Below, piece after piece: positions 11,730 through 21,950 of a DNA stretch of 64,000 bases. Position 1 is the first letter of the stretch, and each line of letters begins with the position of its first letter. The translations under genes were made by a program, and so were the position numbers. The DNA is taken from positions 768,001 through 832,000 of the forward strand of contig CAVWWD010000008.1 in NCBI GenBank assembly GCA_963758635.1. Reading direction: 5' to 3'. The DNA comes from an uncultured Candidatus Rokubacteria bacterium. Lineage in GTDB: Bacteria; Methylomirabilota; Methylomirabilia; Rokubacteriales; CSP1-6. The notes beneath the pieces were generated by a model. It was not told the origin of the DNA and did no database searches. It was given only the letters and a program-made list of their open reading frames with translations.

Positions 11730-11865
11730 GTGATCACCGACACCTACGTGTATAACAGGAAGACCTCGGGCATCGCGCCCGCGAGCTCGAACGTCCGGCG
11801 CGCGCGATGGTCGCAAGCCCGGGTGCCCGCCCCATGGTGACCTCAATGATCCAGGAGATCCGAGC

Positions 11866-12780
11866 ATGAAGCTCTCCGTCGAGTTCCCGAGTGTCGCCTA
11901 CCGCGAGGGGCCGCAGGGGGTGGCCAGGTTCGCCCGGGCCGTCGAGGAGATCGGGTACGACCACATCGACGTGTTCGACCACGTCGTGATGGGGTTCCCG
12001 CGCGACGGCCGGCCGCCCGGCCCGTACCCCGCCGGCATGCCGATCCTCGAGGCGCTGATGACGCTCTCGTACGTGGCGGCCGTCACCTCGCGGGTGACGC
12101 TCGGCACGGAGGTGCTGGTGCTCCCGCAGCGGCAGCCGGTGCTGGTGGCCAAGCAGGTGAGCACGCTCGACACGCTCTCGGGCGGCCGGGTGCGGCTGGG
12201 GGTGGGCGTCGGATGGCAGGAGTCGGAGTACGAGGCGCTTGGCGAGGACTTCCGCGACCGGGGCGCGCGCATGGACGAGGCGATCCGCCTGCTCCGCGCG
12301 TGCTGGTCGGACGCGAAGCTCGACGTGGACGAGCCGCACTACAAGATGGTCGCCATGGGCATGGAGCCGAAGCCCCCGCAGGGCCGCGCGCTCCCCATCT
12401 GGGTGGGCGGCCGATCCGAAGCCGCCTATCGCCGGGTCGCCCGGCTCGGAGACGGATGGCTCGCCGGCGGCATGCCGGACAACGAGAGCACGACGAAGGC
12501 CATCGAGTCGATCCGCCGGCACGCCGAGGCGGCGGGCCGCGATCCCGCGTCGATCGGGCTCGGGAGCATGGTGGCGACGCCTCCGAAGGACACGGAGGGC
12601 AAGCGCTTCTACGCGGAGCACGACCGCGTCGCCGCCCGCGCCGCGGAGCTGCAGAAGATGGGCTTCCAGTGGGCGGCCATCAACGCCACCGCGATCTTCC
12701 AGGCTGGCGCGCGCTCGGTGGACGCCATGATCGACGCGCTCGCCGCCCTCCATGCCAAGCTCCGCGCCACCGTCGGGTGA
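11866..12780 (+). CDS. Luciferase-like monooxygenase (LLM) family oxidoreductase
   Basis: DHVV, LVLPQRQPVLVAKQVSTLDTLSGGRVRLGVGVGW, PIWVGG. Confidence 0.9.
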   Translation: MKLSVEFPSVAYREGPQGVARFARAVEEIGYDHIDVFDHVVMGFPRDGRPPGPYPAGMPILEALMTLSYVAAVTSRVTLGTEVLVLPQRQPVLVAKQVSTLDTLSGGRVRLGVGVGWQESEYEALGEDFRDRGARMDEAIRLLRACWSDAKLDVDEPHYKMVAMGMEPKPPQGRALPIWVGGRSEAAYRRVARLGDGWLAGGMPDNESTTKAIESIRRHAEAAGRDPASIGLGSMVATPPKDTEGKRFYAEHDRVAARAAELQKMGFQWAAINATAIFQAGARSVDAMIDALAALHAKLRATVG

Positions 12781-12935
12781 CCACGTGTCGTCGCCACGCG
12801 ATGCCGCGATCGCCCCTTGTGCGACGCGGGTTCGGCGTTTGAATGCCGGGGACGCGCGTGGGGCCGACGAGGGCTGAGACGGGCAGGGCACGCGGTGTCG
12901 TTCGCGGAAACGTCCTTCAGAAAGGAGGCACGGCC

Positions 12936-13343
12936 ATGCGAGGGGAGAACAGGTCGATGAGATCGAGGGACTGGGCGGTTCGGCTCGTCTTGGTTGTCAT
13001 GGTCGCGGCGATCGCCGCCGCGTGCGCCTCCGGAGACGCAGCCAAGCGCGTCGCGGGAGCGCCCATCGAGAGCGTCGGGTCCATCGCCGGGACGTGGACG
13101 GGCACGCTCGAGTTCGGGTCCGGCGAGCAGGCGTGCACGCTCACGATCGAGCCCGGCGGCCATGCCACGCTCGTGGCCCGCACCATGACGGTGCACGGCT
13201 CGGTCTCCGTCAACCAGGGGAAGGGCGCGTATTCCTTCCCCGGCCGGTCGGATGGGACGTTGACGCTCTACCAGGACGGCGGCAAGCGCCAGCTGCAGCT
13301 GAAGGGCACCAGCGGGGTCTTCGACGCGCGCGTGACGAAGTAG
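12936..13343 (+). CDS. Putative lipoprotein
   Basis: AAAGGAGG RBS; hydrophobic signal ending IAAAC (lipobox-like); beta-rich body (IAGTWTGTL). Confidence 0.65.
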   Translation: MRGENRSMRSRDWAVRLVLVVMVAAIAAACASGDAAKRVAGAPIESVGSIAGTWTGTLEFGSGEQACTLTIEPGGHATLVARTMTVHGSVSVNQGKGAYSFPGRSDGTLTLYQDGGKRQLQLKGTSGVFDARVTK

Positions 13344-13448
13344 CGCGCCGGGGCGGTGCGCGTCATCGGCTCGCCGGCGTCCGATACACGCCCATCAGAT
13401 ACGCGCTCGTGAGCCGGCAGTTGCCGCCCGCGCCTCCGACGCCGTGCC

Positions 13449-14252
13449 TCAGGGCAGGGGGATCCGCGGCGGCAAGCCGGTCTGGGCGGTGAGGCCGCCG
13501 TCGGCCACCACCGCCGCGCCGGTCACGTACGACGCGAGATCCGAGGCCAGGAACAGCACCACGTTCGCCATCTCCTCGGGCTTGCCGAGCCGGCGCATGG
13601 GGATCGCCGCCGTCGTCGCCTCCGCGAAGCCGGGCAGGGCCAGCGACGGGCGCAGCAGCGGGGTGTCGATCGCCCCGGGGCAGACGCAGTTGACGCGGAT
13701 GCCGCGAGCCGCGTACTCGATCGCCGTCACCCTGGTGAGGTTGACCACGCCGGCCTTGGCCGCGTTGTAGGCCCCGATGGCGAAGTCCCCGAACAGGCCC
13801 GAGATCGACGCGGTGTTCACGATGGCGCCGCCCCCACGCCGGAGCAGCTCGGGGATCGCGCGCTTGGTGGCCCGGAAGACCCCCGTGAGGGCGAGGTCGA
13901 TCACGTGGGTCCAGACCTTCTCGTCGATGTCGGCGGTGAAGGCGAGGCGGCTCTGGCCCGGTGGCAGGGACGGCTGGCCGAAGGCGTTGTTGTGGAGGAT
14001 GTCGAGCCCGCCGAACGCCTTGACCGCGCCCGCGACCATCGCCTCCACGCCGTCGATCGTCGCGGCGTCGGCGGCGATCGCCACGGCCTTGCCACCCGCC
14101 GCGCCGATCTCGGCGGCCACCGCCTCGGCCCTGGCGCCGTCGATGTCGGCCACGGCCACCTGCGCGCCCCGTGCCGCGAATCCCAGCGCCGTCGCGCGGC
14201 CGATGCCCGAGCCCGCGCCCGAGATCAGCGCCGCCTTCCCGTCGAATCGCAC
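13449..14252 (-). CDS. SDR family oxidoreductase
   Basis: ISGAGSGIG, NNA, YNAAK, VNCVCPG. Confidence 0.93.
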   Translation of the reverse strand: MRFDGKAALISGAGSGIGRATALGFAARGAQVAVADIDGARAEAVAAEIGAAGGKAVAIAADAATIDGVEAMVAGAVKAFGGLDILHNNAFGQPSLPPGQSRLAFTADIDEKVWTHVIDLALTGVFRATKRAIPELLRRGGGAIVNTASISGLFGDFAIGAYNAAKAGVVNLTRVTAIEYAARGIRVNCVCPGAIDTPLLRPSLALPGFAEATTAAIPMRRLGKPEEMANVVLFLASDLASYVTGAAVVADGGLTAQTGLPPRIPLP

Positions 14253-14270
14253 GACGTCTCCGGCCGGGGC

Positions 14271-14879
14271 TCAGAACCTCATGCGGCGCTGCAGGTCGTC
14301 CACGCTCTGGTTGAGCTGGTCGAAGTCAGTCCCCTCGCCGCCCGGCGTGACGTGGTTCACCACCTCGGGCAGGAGCTCCGCCATGCCCGCGCTCGCTTGC
14401 TCGCGGGTAATGCCGGCCCGCTGAGCGATCTCCTCGAGGCCGCCCTGGCCGAAGATCTCCTCGAGGGCGCCCGGCTCGATCGGCATGTTCTGGCCGTTGC
14501 CCACCCACGAGCGGGCCTGCTCGCCGTAGCCGGCCCGCTGCATCTGCTCGACGAGGCCGCCGAGCCCGCCCATGCCGGCTTCCTGGCCGGCGCCGCGACC
14601 GGTCATGCCGCCGATGACGTCACCGAGCCCGCCGCCACCTCCGGGCTGCCCGCCGCCGAGGATCTGGCCCAGGATGTCTCCCAGGCCGCCGCCGCCGCCG
14701 CGCCCGCCGCCACGGCTCGCGAGCATCGACAGCACCACCGGGAGCAGCGCCATCATGACGCCGCCCATGCCGCCGCCGCCCGCCTGCGCGGACGGCGGCG
14801 CCGGGCTTCCGCGAGGATCCAGCTGGCTCGAGCCTCCGCCGAGGGCACCACGGAGCAGGTCGTCAAGAAGTCCCATCAC
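14271..14879 (-). CDS. YidB/DUF937 family protein
   Basis: MGLLDDLL, Gly-rich linker, SWVGNGQN, LLPEVVNHVTPGG. Confidence 0.85.
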   Translation of the reverse strand: MMGLLDDLLRGALGGGSSQLDPRGSPAPPSAQAGGGGMGGVMMALLPVVLSMLASRGGGRGGGGGLGDILGQILGGGQPGGGGGLGDVIGGMTGRGAGQEAGMGGLGGLVEQMQRAGYGEQARSWVGNGQNMPIEPGALEEIFGQGGLEEIAQRAGITREQASAGMAELLPEVVNHVTPGGEGTDFDQLNQSVDDLQRRMRF

Positions 14880-14909
14880 ACCCTCCTGTCGAGGCGGCGG
14901 CGCCGTCGG

Positions 14910-16343
14910 CTAGTAGCGGTAGTGGTCCGGCTTGTACGGGCCGGCCTTGTCCACGCCGATGTAGCGCGCCTGGGCGTCGGTCAGCTCGGTCAGACGCGCG
15001 TTGAGCTTCTTGAGCTGTAGCCGCGCCACCTTCTCGTCGAGGTGCTTGGGCAGGACGTACACGCCGACGGGGTAGGCTTGCGGGCGCGTGAAGAGCTCGA
15101 TCTGCGCGATGACCTGGTTGGCGAACGACGAGCTCATCACGTAGCTCGGATGCCCGGTGCCGCAGCCCAGGTTCACCAGCCGGCCCTCGGCGAGCAGGAT
15201 GATGCGCTTGCCGTCGGGGAACACCACGTGGTCGACCTGCGGCTTGATGTTCTCCCACTTGTACTGGCGCAGCGAGGCGATGTCGATCTCGCTGTCGAAG
15301 TGACCGATGTTGCAGACGATGGCCTGGTCCTTCATCCGCGCCATGTGGTCGTGGCCGATGACGTGGTAGTTGCCGGTGGCGGTCACGAAGATGTCGCCCT
15401 GGCTGGCCGCCTCGTCCATGGTCACGACGCGGTACCCTTCCATCGCGGCCTGGAGCGCGCAGATCGGGTCGACCTCCGTCACCCAGACCTGCGCCGACAG
15501 CGCGCGCAGCGCCTGCGCCGAGCCCTTGCCCACGTCGCCGTATCCGCACACCACCGCGACCTTGCCCGCGACCATCACGTCGGTGGCGCGCTTGATGCCG
15601 TCCACCAGCGACTCGCGGCAGCCGTACAGGTTGTCGAACTTGCTCTTGGTCACGGAGTCGTTGACGTTGATCGCGGGGAACTTGAGCCGTCCGTCCTTGG
15701 CCATCTGGTACAGACGCTTGACCCCTGTCGTGGTCTCCTCGCTCACGCCCCGCACCTTGGCCGCGCGCACGGAGTACCAGGCCGGGTCCTGCGCGAGCTT
15801 CGCCTTGATCGCGGCGAAGAGCGCGGTCTCCTCCTCGCTGGTCGGCCGCGCGATCACCGACGGGTCGCGCTCGGCCTCCGCGCCCAGGTGCAGGAGCAGC
15901 GTGGCGTCGCCGCCGTCGTCGAGGATCATGTTGGAGTGCCCGCCGTCGGGCCACTCGAAGATCCGGTGCGTGTAGTCCCAGTACTGCTCGAGCGACTCGC
16001 CCTTGGTCGCGAAGACGGGCGTGCCGGCGGCGGCGATCGCCGCGGCGGCGTGGTCCTGCGTGGAGAAGATGTTGCAGGACGCCCACCGCACCTGCGCGCC
16101 GAGGGCCTGCAGGGTCTCGATGAGGACGGCGGTCTGGATCGTCATGTGGAGCGACCCGGAGATGCGGGCGCCGGAGAGCGGCTGGGCGCTCGCGTACTCC
16201 TCGCGGATGGCCATGAGACCGGGCATCTCGGTCTCGGCGATCAGCATTTCCTTGCGGCCCCAGCCGGCGAGGCCGAGGTCGGCGACGACGTGGTCGGGCG
16301 TGGCGGCGGTCTTGCGGGTGGCGGACTGCTGGGCTGTGCTCAT
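14910..16343 (-). CDS. ahcY: Adenosylhomocysteinase
   Basis: [51 protein letters not shown] end. Confidence 0.98.
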   Translation of the reverse strand: MSTAQQSATRKTAATPDHVVADLGLAGWGRKEMLIAETEMPGLMAIREEYASAQPLSGARISGSLHMTIQTAVLIETLQALGAQVRWASCNIFSTQDHAAAAIAAAGTPVFATKGESLEQYWDYTHRIFEWPDGGHSNMILDDGGDATLLLHLGAEAERDPSVIARPTSEEETALFAAIKAKLAQDPAWYSVRAAKVRGVSEETTTGVKRLYQMAKDGRLKFPAINVNDSVTKSKFDNLYGCRESLVDGIKRATDVMVAGKVAVVCGYGDVGKGSAQALRALSAQVWVTEVDPICALQAAMEGYRVVTMDEAASQGDIFVTATGNYHVIGHDHMARMKDQAIVCNIGHFDSEIDIASLRQYKWENIKPQVDHVVFPDGKRIILLAEGRLVNLGCGTGHPSYVMSSSFANQVIAQIELFTRPQAYPVGVYVLPKHLDEKVARLQLKKLNARLTELTDAQARYIGVDKAGPYKPDHYRY

Positions 16344-16370
16344 CTCGCACTCTCCCGTGTCTTGGAGTTT

Positions 16371-16470
16371 GCGAGCGCCGTTGCCTGGTGCTGGCCCGGT
16401 CCGGTGCTTCCTGTCCGGTCAGCCGCTTCGAGCCTGGCGGGAGGGCTCCCGTCGCAACGCTCCTCGAAGC
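16371..16470 (-). ncRNA. SAH riboswitch
   Basis: Minus strand GCTTCGAGGAGCGTTGCGACGG..CCGCCAGGCTCGAAGC..CAACGGCGCTCGC directly upstream of ahcY; matches the known SAH aptamer consensus and pseudoknot pairing. Confidence 0.92.
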
Positions 16471-16490
16471 CGTTGGGTGACTCCCGGGCG

Positions 16491-16519
16491 ATTATCGGCC
16501 GGTTCGCGGCTCCTGACAA
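16491..16519 (-). promoter_or_regulatory. Putative sigma70 promoter for riboswitch-ahcY
   Basis: TTGTCA-17 nt-GATAAT on the minus strand, ~20 nt before the riboswitch. Confidence 0.6.
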
Positions 16520-17389
16520 GTCGGAAGGCCCATGAGGGCGAGCGCCTCGGCGCCCAGCAGGCCCTCCGGGCTCGCCAGGGTCTCCGGGATCTCGAAGTGG
16601 TTGAGCCCGGGCGCGACGATGAGCCGGCGCAGCCGGCCGCTGCCGCTCGAGAGCCTGGGCGAACTCCCGCGACTGCCGCTGGAACTCCGGGGAGTCGCCG
16701 CCGGCGTAGGCCACCGTGACGGGGCACGTGATCCGGGCGAGGTGACGGAGCGGACTCAGCTCGTGCTCGATGCGGTCGTCGAAGCGCACGTACGACGAAC
16801 GCGCGGACAGCCGGACCGGCCTGAGGTCGTACATGCCGCTCACGCAGAGGGCGCCCTTGACCACGTCGGCGGCCAGCCCGAAGTCCGCGATCCAGTCGGT
16901 GACCAGCACGTTGGCGGCCAGGTGCGCGCCCGACGAGTGCCCGGCCACGTGGATGCGCGCGGGGTCGCCGCCCAGGTCCTTCGCGTGACGGGCGACCCAC
17001 GCCACCGCGCGCCGCACCTGCGCGACCATCCCGTCGAGCCCCACCTCCATGACCGTCGCGAAGTCGGGAACGACCCAGTGGGCGCCGGCGCGGACGAACG
17101 TCTCCGCGGCGTAGGCCTGGCTGCGCGCGTCGCCGCCGCGCCACGCGCCGCCGTGCAGGAACACCATGACGGGCGCGTTCGGCGCCGCGGTCGGGAAGAC
17201 GTCGAGCTGCTCGATCGCGGCCGAGCCGTAGGCGTGGCGCTCGGGGTCGCCGAGCCGGGCGCGCAGGGCCTCCGAGGCGGCGGCGCGCCGGTCGAGCGCC
17301 TCCTGACGGTTGGGCGCCCACGCCGCCTGGTCGTAGGCGCGGTCCAGGGCGGCCTGGTCGTAGTCGAGGAAGACCCGCTCGGGTGACAT
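16492..17389 (-). CDS. Alpha/beta hydrolase, arylformamidase (kynurenine formamidase)-like (frameshift at ~16640)
   Basis: MSPERVFLDYDQAALD.., FLHGGAW, GHSSG; catalytic His segment GLNHFEI lies in the shifted frame. Confidence 0.85.
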
Positions 17390-17420
17390 GGCCCGGAAGA
17401 TACCACTGATGTTGCGAGGG

Positions 17421-19081
17421 TCATGGCGGATGCGCGCGAGGATGACCAGGCGGTGGCCCTCGACGAAGTCGATATGCCGCGGATACGTCCAGCGCGGCGG
17501 GGCGGGCGACGCGCGGTCGAAGACGATGCGGTACGCGTACCGCTCGGCGAGCAGGTCGTCGAAGAACGACCGCATCTCCGGGTAGAGCTCGCGTTCGGTC
17601 CAGTCGAGGAAGCGCTGGTAGTAGAGCGAGCTGACCGCGATGAAGTCGGGTCCGAGCTCCTGCAGGTGCTCCTGGCGGTACGCGCGAACCCGTTGGTCGT
17701 CGCGCTCGCGCGCTTCCCGGGACACGACCTCGGCGCGCCCCCGCGACGTGGGCGCGAACCGCGCGGAGAAGAGCCGCGTCCGCCCGCTGACCGTCGGCAG
17801 GCTCACGACCCCGAAGGGAAGCCGGGGCCAGCCGCGCCACGTCGGCGCGTACTCGGTCCGGAGGAGGCGGGCCCCGGGCGGCACGTGCTCCACGGCCCAG
17901 CGCTGCGCGGCCATCCGCGGATCGCCGAGGAAGCGGCGGCCGACGTGGTAGCTGCACGCCACGTTGTACGTCAGCGTGACCACGAGGAGCGCGAGGAAGG
18001 CGCCGCGCCACCGCCGGAGGGCGTCCCAGGTCAGCGCGCTCAGGACCAGCAGGTACGGAACGATCGGCAGGATGAACCGGTCCTCGAGCCGCGGGAAGCT
18101 CCCGAACTTGATCACGTACGGCACGGTGACGGACAGCGCCATGACGACGAGCGCGGTCCGCGCATCGAGGGGCCGGGGCGGGCGGACCACGAGGCGGAGG
18201 GCGAGGACGAGGCCGACCGTCGCCAGGGCGAGCCCATGGACCCCGATCAGCTCGCCCACGAAGCGCACGAGGTCGCCGAAGCTCGTCCCGGTCATCCGGC
18301 CCGAGTAGACGGGCGTGATCTCGTAGTTCAGCAGGAAGTCGCTCACGAAGGCGCGCGCGTCCAGGACGGCGTACGGGCACGCGAGGACGAAGGCGATCGG
18401 GACCGCGGCCAGCCCCAGCGCCAGGCGCCGGTCCAGCACGACCTCGCGGAGCGAGCGGCCGCGCGCGGACAGGGCGTGCGCGGCGACGAGCGCGAACCCG
18501 ATGGCGAGGCCGTTGTACTTCGTGGCCGTCGCCACCCCGACGAGGGCGCCGGCGCAGACGTAGTGCGTGGGCGAGGGCCGGGTGAGGATCTTCTGCGCGA
18601 AGCGGAAGCTCGCCAGCATCCAGAAGAGGACGGGCACGTCGGCGGTCAGGAAGAGCGCGAACGGGATGATCCCCGCGCTGGTCGCGAACAGCACGGCGAC
18701 GACCCGCGCCACGTGCGCGTGGAACGCGTCCCGGACGATCAGGAAGACGATCGAGACCGCGCCCAGGAAGAGCCCGAGGGTCAGGAGCCGCGAGAGCCAG
18801 ATCACCAGCGCGTCGCGCGGCGTCCCGACGGCCAGGCTGATGGCCCGCGCGGGGCCCTCGGCGACGAGGAAGTTCAGATAGGTGTGGAACGGCGGCTTGA
18901 GGTAGCTCTCGGGCTGGAAGGGCCAGCGGCCGGGACCGAAGAGCGTCCGCAGGGCCATCTGGTCGGGGTTCCAGTGCTCCAGGCGTCCCCACGCCGATCC
19001 GTGCAGGCAAAGAGCCAGGCCCAGGAGCAGGGCCAGCGCGAGACCTGGGTCGACGCGCACAGCGTCCCGCGCCGGAGCCAT
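17421..19081 (-). CDS. ArnT/PMT-like (GT39) membrane glycosyltransferase
   Basis: WNPDQ, YLKPP, multiple TM segments, ATATKYNG, RFILPIVP; stop codon probably displaced by an indel (TGA at 17421 is out of frame). Confidence 0.75.
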
Positions 19082-19106
19082 GAGTCGCATGCTAGAGTGC
19101 GCCACC

Positions 19107-20402
19107 ATGTGGCGACGCCCGCTGCTCGCCGTCCTGGCGCTGGTCCTGGCGTTCGCGGCGCCGCGTGGTCCGTGGCTCGATCCGACCGCGGCCCAGCCCG
19201 CGCGGGAGCCCTCGCGGGCGGCCGAGCCGAAGCCGGCGCGCGAGGCGATCAGCCGGCGCGGCGTCCTCGACGGCGCGGACTACGTGATCGAGGCGCCGGC
19301 CGGCTGGCAGGGCGGCCTCGTCGTGTTCGCGCACGGGATCCAGCGGGGCCCCGGGCCGGGCGCGGTCACTGCGCTGCCGATCGCGAGCCACGTGACCGCG
19401 CAGGGGCACGCGTGGATCGCGTCGGGGTACCGCGCCCGCGAGTACCAGCCGCACCTCTTCATCGAGGACCTGGTCGCGCTGCGCGAGCTGTTCTTCAAGG
19501 AAGTCGGCCGGCCGCGCTGGACGATCATCTATGGCCAGTCGATGGGCGGCCACATCGTGGTGGCGTCGCTCGAGCTCCGGCCGGGGCTCTACCAGGGGGG
19601 CCTGGCCGAATGCGGCCTCGTCGACGGTATCGCCATCGCCGACTACCTGCTGGCGTACACCGCCGCGGCCGAGCTCATCGCCGGCGTGCCGCTCCTGGAC
19701 GCGCCCGACCGGCCGGAGTTCGCGCGCGTCCTCAACGAGGGCGTCGTGCCGGCGCTGGGCACGCCCGGCGCCTACACCCCGCGCGGACGGCAGTTCGACA
19801 GCGTGGTCAAGTACCTGATGGGCGCCGATCAGGCGGGCCACGACCTCCCGCTCCGCGTGCAGGGGCTCCGGCGGCGCTTTCTCCTGAACATGACCTACCG
19901 GCATCCCGACGTGGAGAAGGAAGCCACGCCGGGCGGGCGCGCGGCGAGCACCGCGCACATCCGGTACCGGATCGATCCCGGCCTCGGGCTCACGGAGGAC
20001 GACCTCAACGCGCGGGTCCGGCGCCTGCATCCCGCGAAGGACGCCCGCTCGCCGGGCGCCAACCCCGTCTATGCGGAGCGCACCGGGCGGCTGACCGCTC
20101 CGCTCCTCACGCTCCATGAGACCGGCGACGCGTGGGTGCCGCTCAGCCTGGAGCAGTCCTATCGGCGCCGGACCATCGCCGCCGGCGCCGCGCATCTCCT
20201 GGTGCAGCGCGTGACGCGCGCGCCCAGTCACTGCGGCTTCGACGGCGAGACGCGCGAGCAGGCGTTCGACGACCTGGTGACATGGATCGAGCGCGGCGTG
20301 CGCCCGGACGGCGAGGACGTGCTGGCGCCGGACCTCCGGCGCATCGGCCTCAAGTGGACGCTCGTGCTGCACCCGGAGGACCCGCTCGCCCCCGGCCGCT
20401 GA
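19107..20402 (+). CDS. Secreted alpha/beta hydrolase-fold protein
   Basis: Signal peptide MWRRPLLAVLALVLAFAA; LVVFAHG, GQSMGG, LHETGDAWVP, HCGF. Confidence 0.75.
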   Translation: MWRRPLLAVLALVLAFAAPRGPWLDPTAAQPAREPSRAAEPKPAREAISRRGVLDGADYVIEAPAGWQGGLVVFAHGIQRGPGPGAVTALPIASHVTAQGHAWIASGYRAREYQPHLFIEDLVALRELFFKEVGRPRWTIIYGQSMGGHIVVASLELRPGLYQGGLAECGLVDGIAIADYLLAYTAAAELIAGVPLLDAPDRPEFARVLNEGVVPALGTPGAYTPRGRQFDSVVKYLMGADQAGHDLPLRVQGLRRRFLLNMTYRHPDVEKEATPGGRAASTAHIRYRIDPGLGLTEDDLNARVRRLHPAKDARSPGANPVYAERTGRLTAPLLTLHETGDAWVPLSLEQSYRRRTIAAGAAHLLVQRVTRAPSHCGFDGETREQAFDDLVTWIERGVRPDGEDVLAPDLRRIGLKWTLVLHPEDPLAPGR

Positions 20403-20447
20403 GCGTGTCGGGGACATCTCCAGGGCCGGCCGTGGCGCGCGGCCCCG

Positions 20448-21692
20448 TCACTTCCGTGCGGCGCGTGCCTCTGCCTGCGCCAGGTCCGGCAGGTTGGCGG
20501 CCGACGCGGCCAGGAGCGGCGACTTCGTGACCTTGAGCGCGGCCGCCGCCGCCTCGTTCCCCGTGATCTTCGCCATCACGGCCTCGCGGGCGCGGTTGAA
20601 GTACTCGCGGTTGGTGGCCACGAATTCCCGCGAGGTCCGGAGCCCCGTGAGGTAGCCGTTGATCTCCGGCACCACGTAGCGCGCCACCATGTCCCAGCTC
20701 CGCATGGTGTTCTCCGGGTTGGCCCAGTCGTGGACGAAGCCGACCACGGTGCCGAAGCCCCCGGAGATGTCCAGCAGCGACTTGATGCGCGTCACGAGAT
20801 CATCCGGGGTGCCGATGGTGGCGACGGCGCCGGAGACGAACGCCGTCTTGTCCACGGCCTCGTCCGCGTCCTTGTAGGGGCGGGCGCCGGGGCGCTGGAG
20901 CGTGGCCGTGATGTACTCGTTGTGGTGCCGGAGCAGCCCGTCGCGGGCCTCGGCGCGGGCCCGCTCGCGCGTCTCGGCGATGTGCCAGCTCATGAGCACG
21001 CGCCAGTCCTTCCGGCTCACCACCTGGCCGTGCTCGGCCGCCGCCGTCTCCGCGAAGCCCCACTGCGTGGGCAGGGCGTTCAGGCCTTCCTCGGACAGCG
21101 ACCCGATCGAGATCACGCCGATGCCGTGCTTGCCGGCCAGCGTCATGCCCGACGGGCTGATCTGCGACGCGACGGCGAACGGCATGTCGTCCTGGAGCGG
21201 CAGGAGCTGCAGCTTGGCGTCCTGGAGCGTGAACCAGTCGGACGTGACGGTGAGGCGCTCTCCGCGCATGAGGCGGCGGATGACGCCGATGGCCTCGTCC
21301 TGCCGGTCGCGCAGGAGCATCGGGTCGATGCCGAGGGTGTGGGCGTCCGACGCCAGCGCGCCCGGTCCCGAGCCAAAGATCACGCGCCCGCCCGTCATGT
21401 AGTCGAGCTGCACCATCCGCTGCGCCACGTTGTAGGGATGGTGATAGGGCAGGGACACGACGCCGGTGGCGAGCTTGATGCGCCTGGTGCGCTCGCCGGC
21501 CGCGGCGAGGAACATCTCGGGCGAGCCGATCGTCTCCCAGCCGCTCGAGTGGTGCTCCCCGCACCAGAACTCCTCGTAGCCCAGCTCGTCCAGGCGCGCC
21601 ACCAGATCGAGGTCGCGGCGGAACTGGAGCATCGGGTGCTCGCCGATCGGGTGGTGGGGGGCGAGGAAGGCGCCGAAGTTCAGTCGAGGCAT
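20448..21692 (-). CDS. LLM-class flavin-dependent monooxygenase (limonene monooxygenase-like)
   Basis: MPRLNFGAFLAPHH, WCGEHHSSGWE, SLPYHHP, GPGALASDA. Confidence 0.9.
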   Translation of the reverse strand: MPRLNFGAFLAPHHPIGEHPMLQFRRDLDLVARLDELGYEEFWCGEHHSSGWETIGSPEMFLAAAGERTRRIKLATGVVSLPYHHPYNVAQRMVQLDYMTGGRVIFGSGPGALASDAHTLGIDPMLLRDRQDEAIGVIRRLMRGERLTVTSDWFTLQDAKLQLLPLQDDMPFAVASQISPSGMTLAGKHGIGVISIGSLSEEGLNALPTQWGFAETAAAEHGQVVSRKDWRVLMSWHIAETRERARAEARDGLLRHHNEYITATLQRPGARPYKDADEAVDKTAFVSGAVATIGTPDDLVTRIKSLLDISGGFGTVVGFVHDWANPENTMRSWDMVARYVVPEINGYLTGLRTSREFVATNREYFNRAREAVMAKITGNEAAAAALKVTKSPLLAASAANLPDLAQAEARAARK

Positions 21693-21950
21693 CAGCGGGT
21701 CTCCTCGGTCGAGGTTGTGAAGGGCCATGGACGCTTCCTCCCGCCCCAACGTTACCATCGCCGGGGCGGCGGACGGGCGGCCTCTCGGGCGCCCGCCGCG
21801 GATCAACGTCCCCATGGCGCTGCGCGGGCACATCGCGGTACCTTCTGCGTGACCGGGTTCGGCGCCACGCGGGAGCGCGGCGGGCGCCGACCACCGGCGC
21901 GCGCGATGGGTACGAGATGCTCCAGTCACCACCGATTGGAGGGCCGTCCG

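Noticed and set aside
11866..12780. Claim that the LLM enzymes use F420
   Set aside because: The cofactor cannot be determined from this window; no F420 biosynthesis genes are present here.
16340..19108. 922-aa ORF as a genuine GT39-formamidase fusion
   Set aside because: It has an out-of-frame TGA at 17421, an internal -10 plus ATG at 17389, and it reads through the SAH riboswitch; best explained by indel errors.
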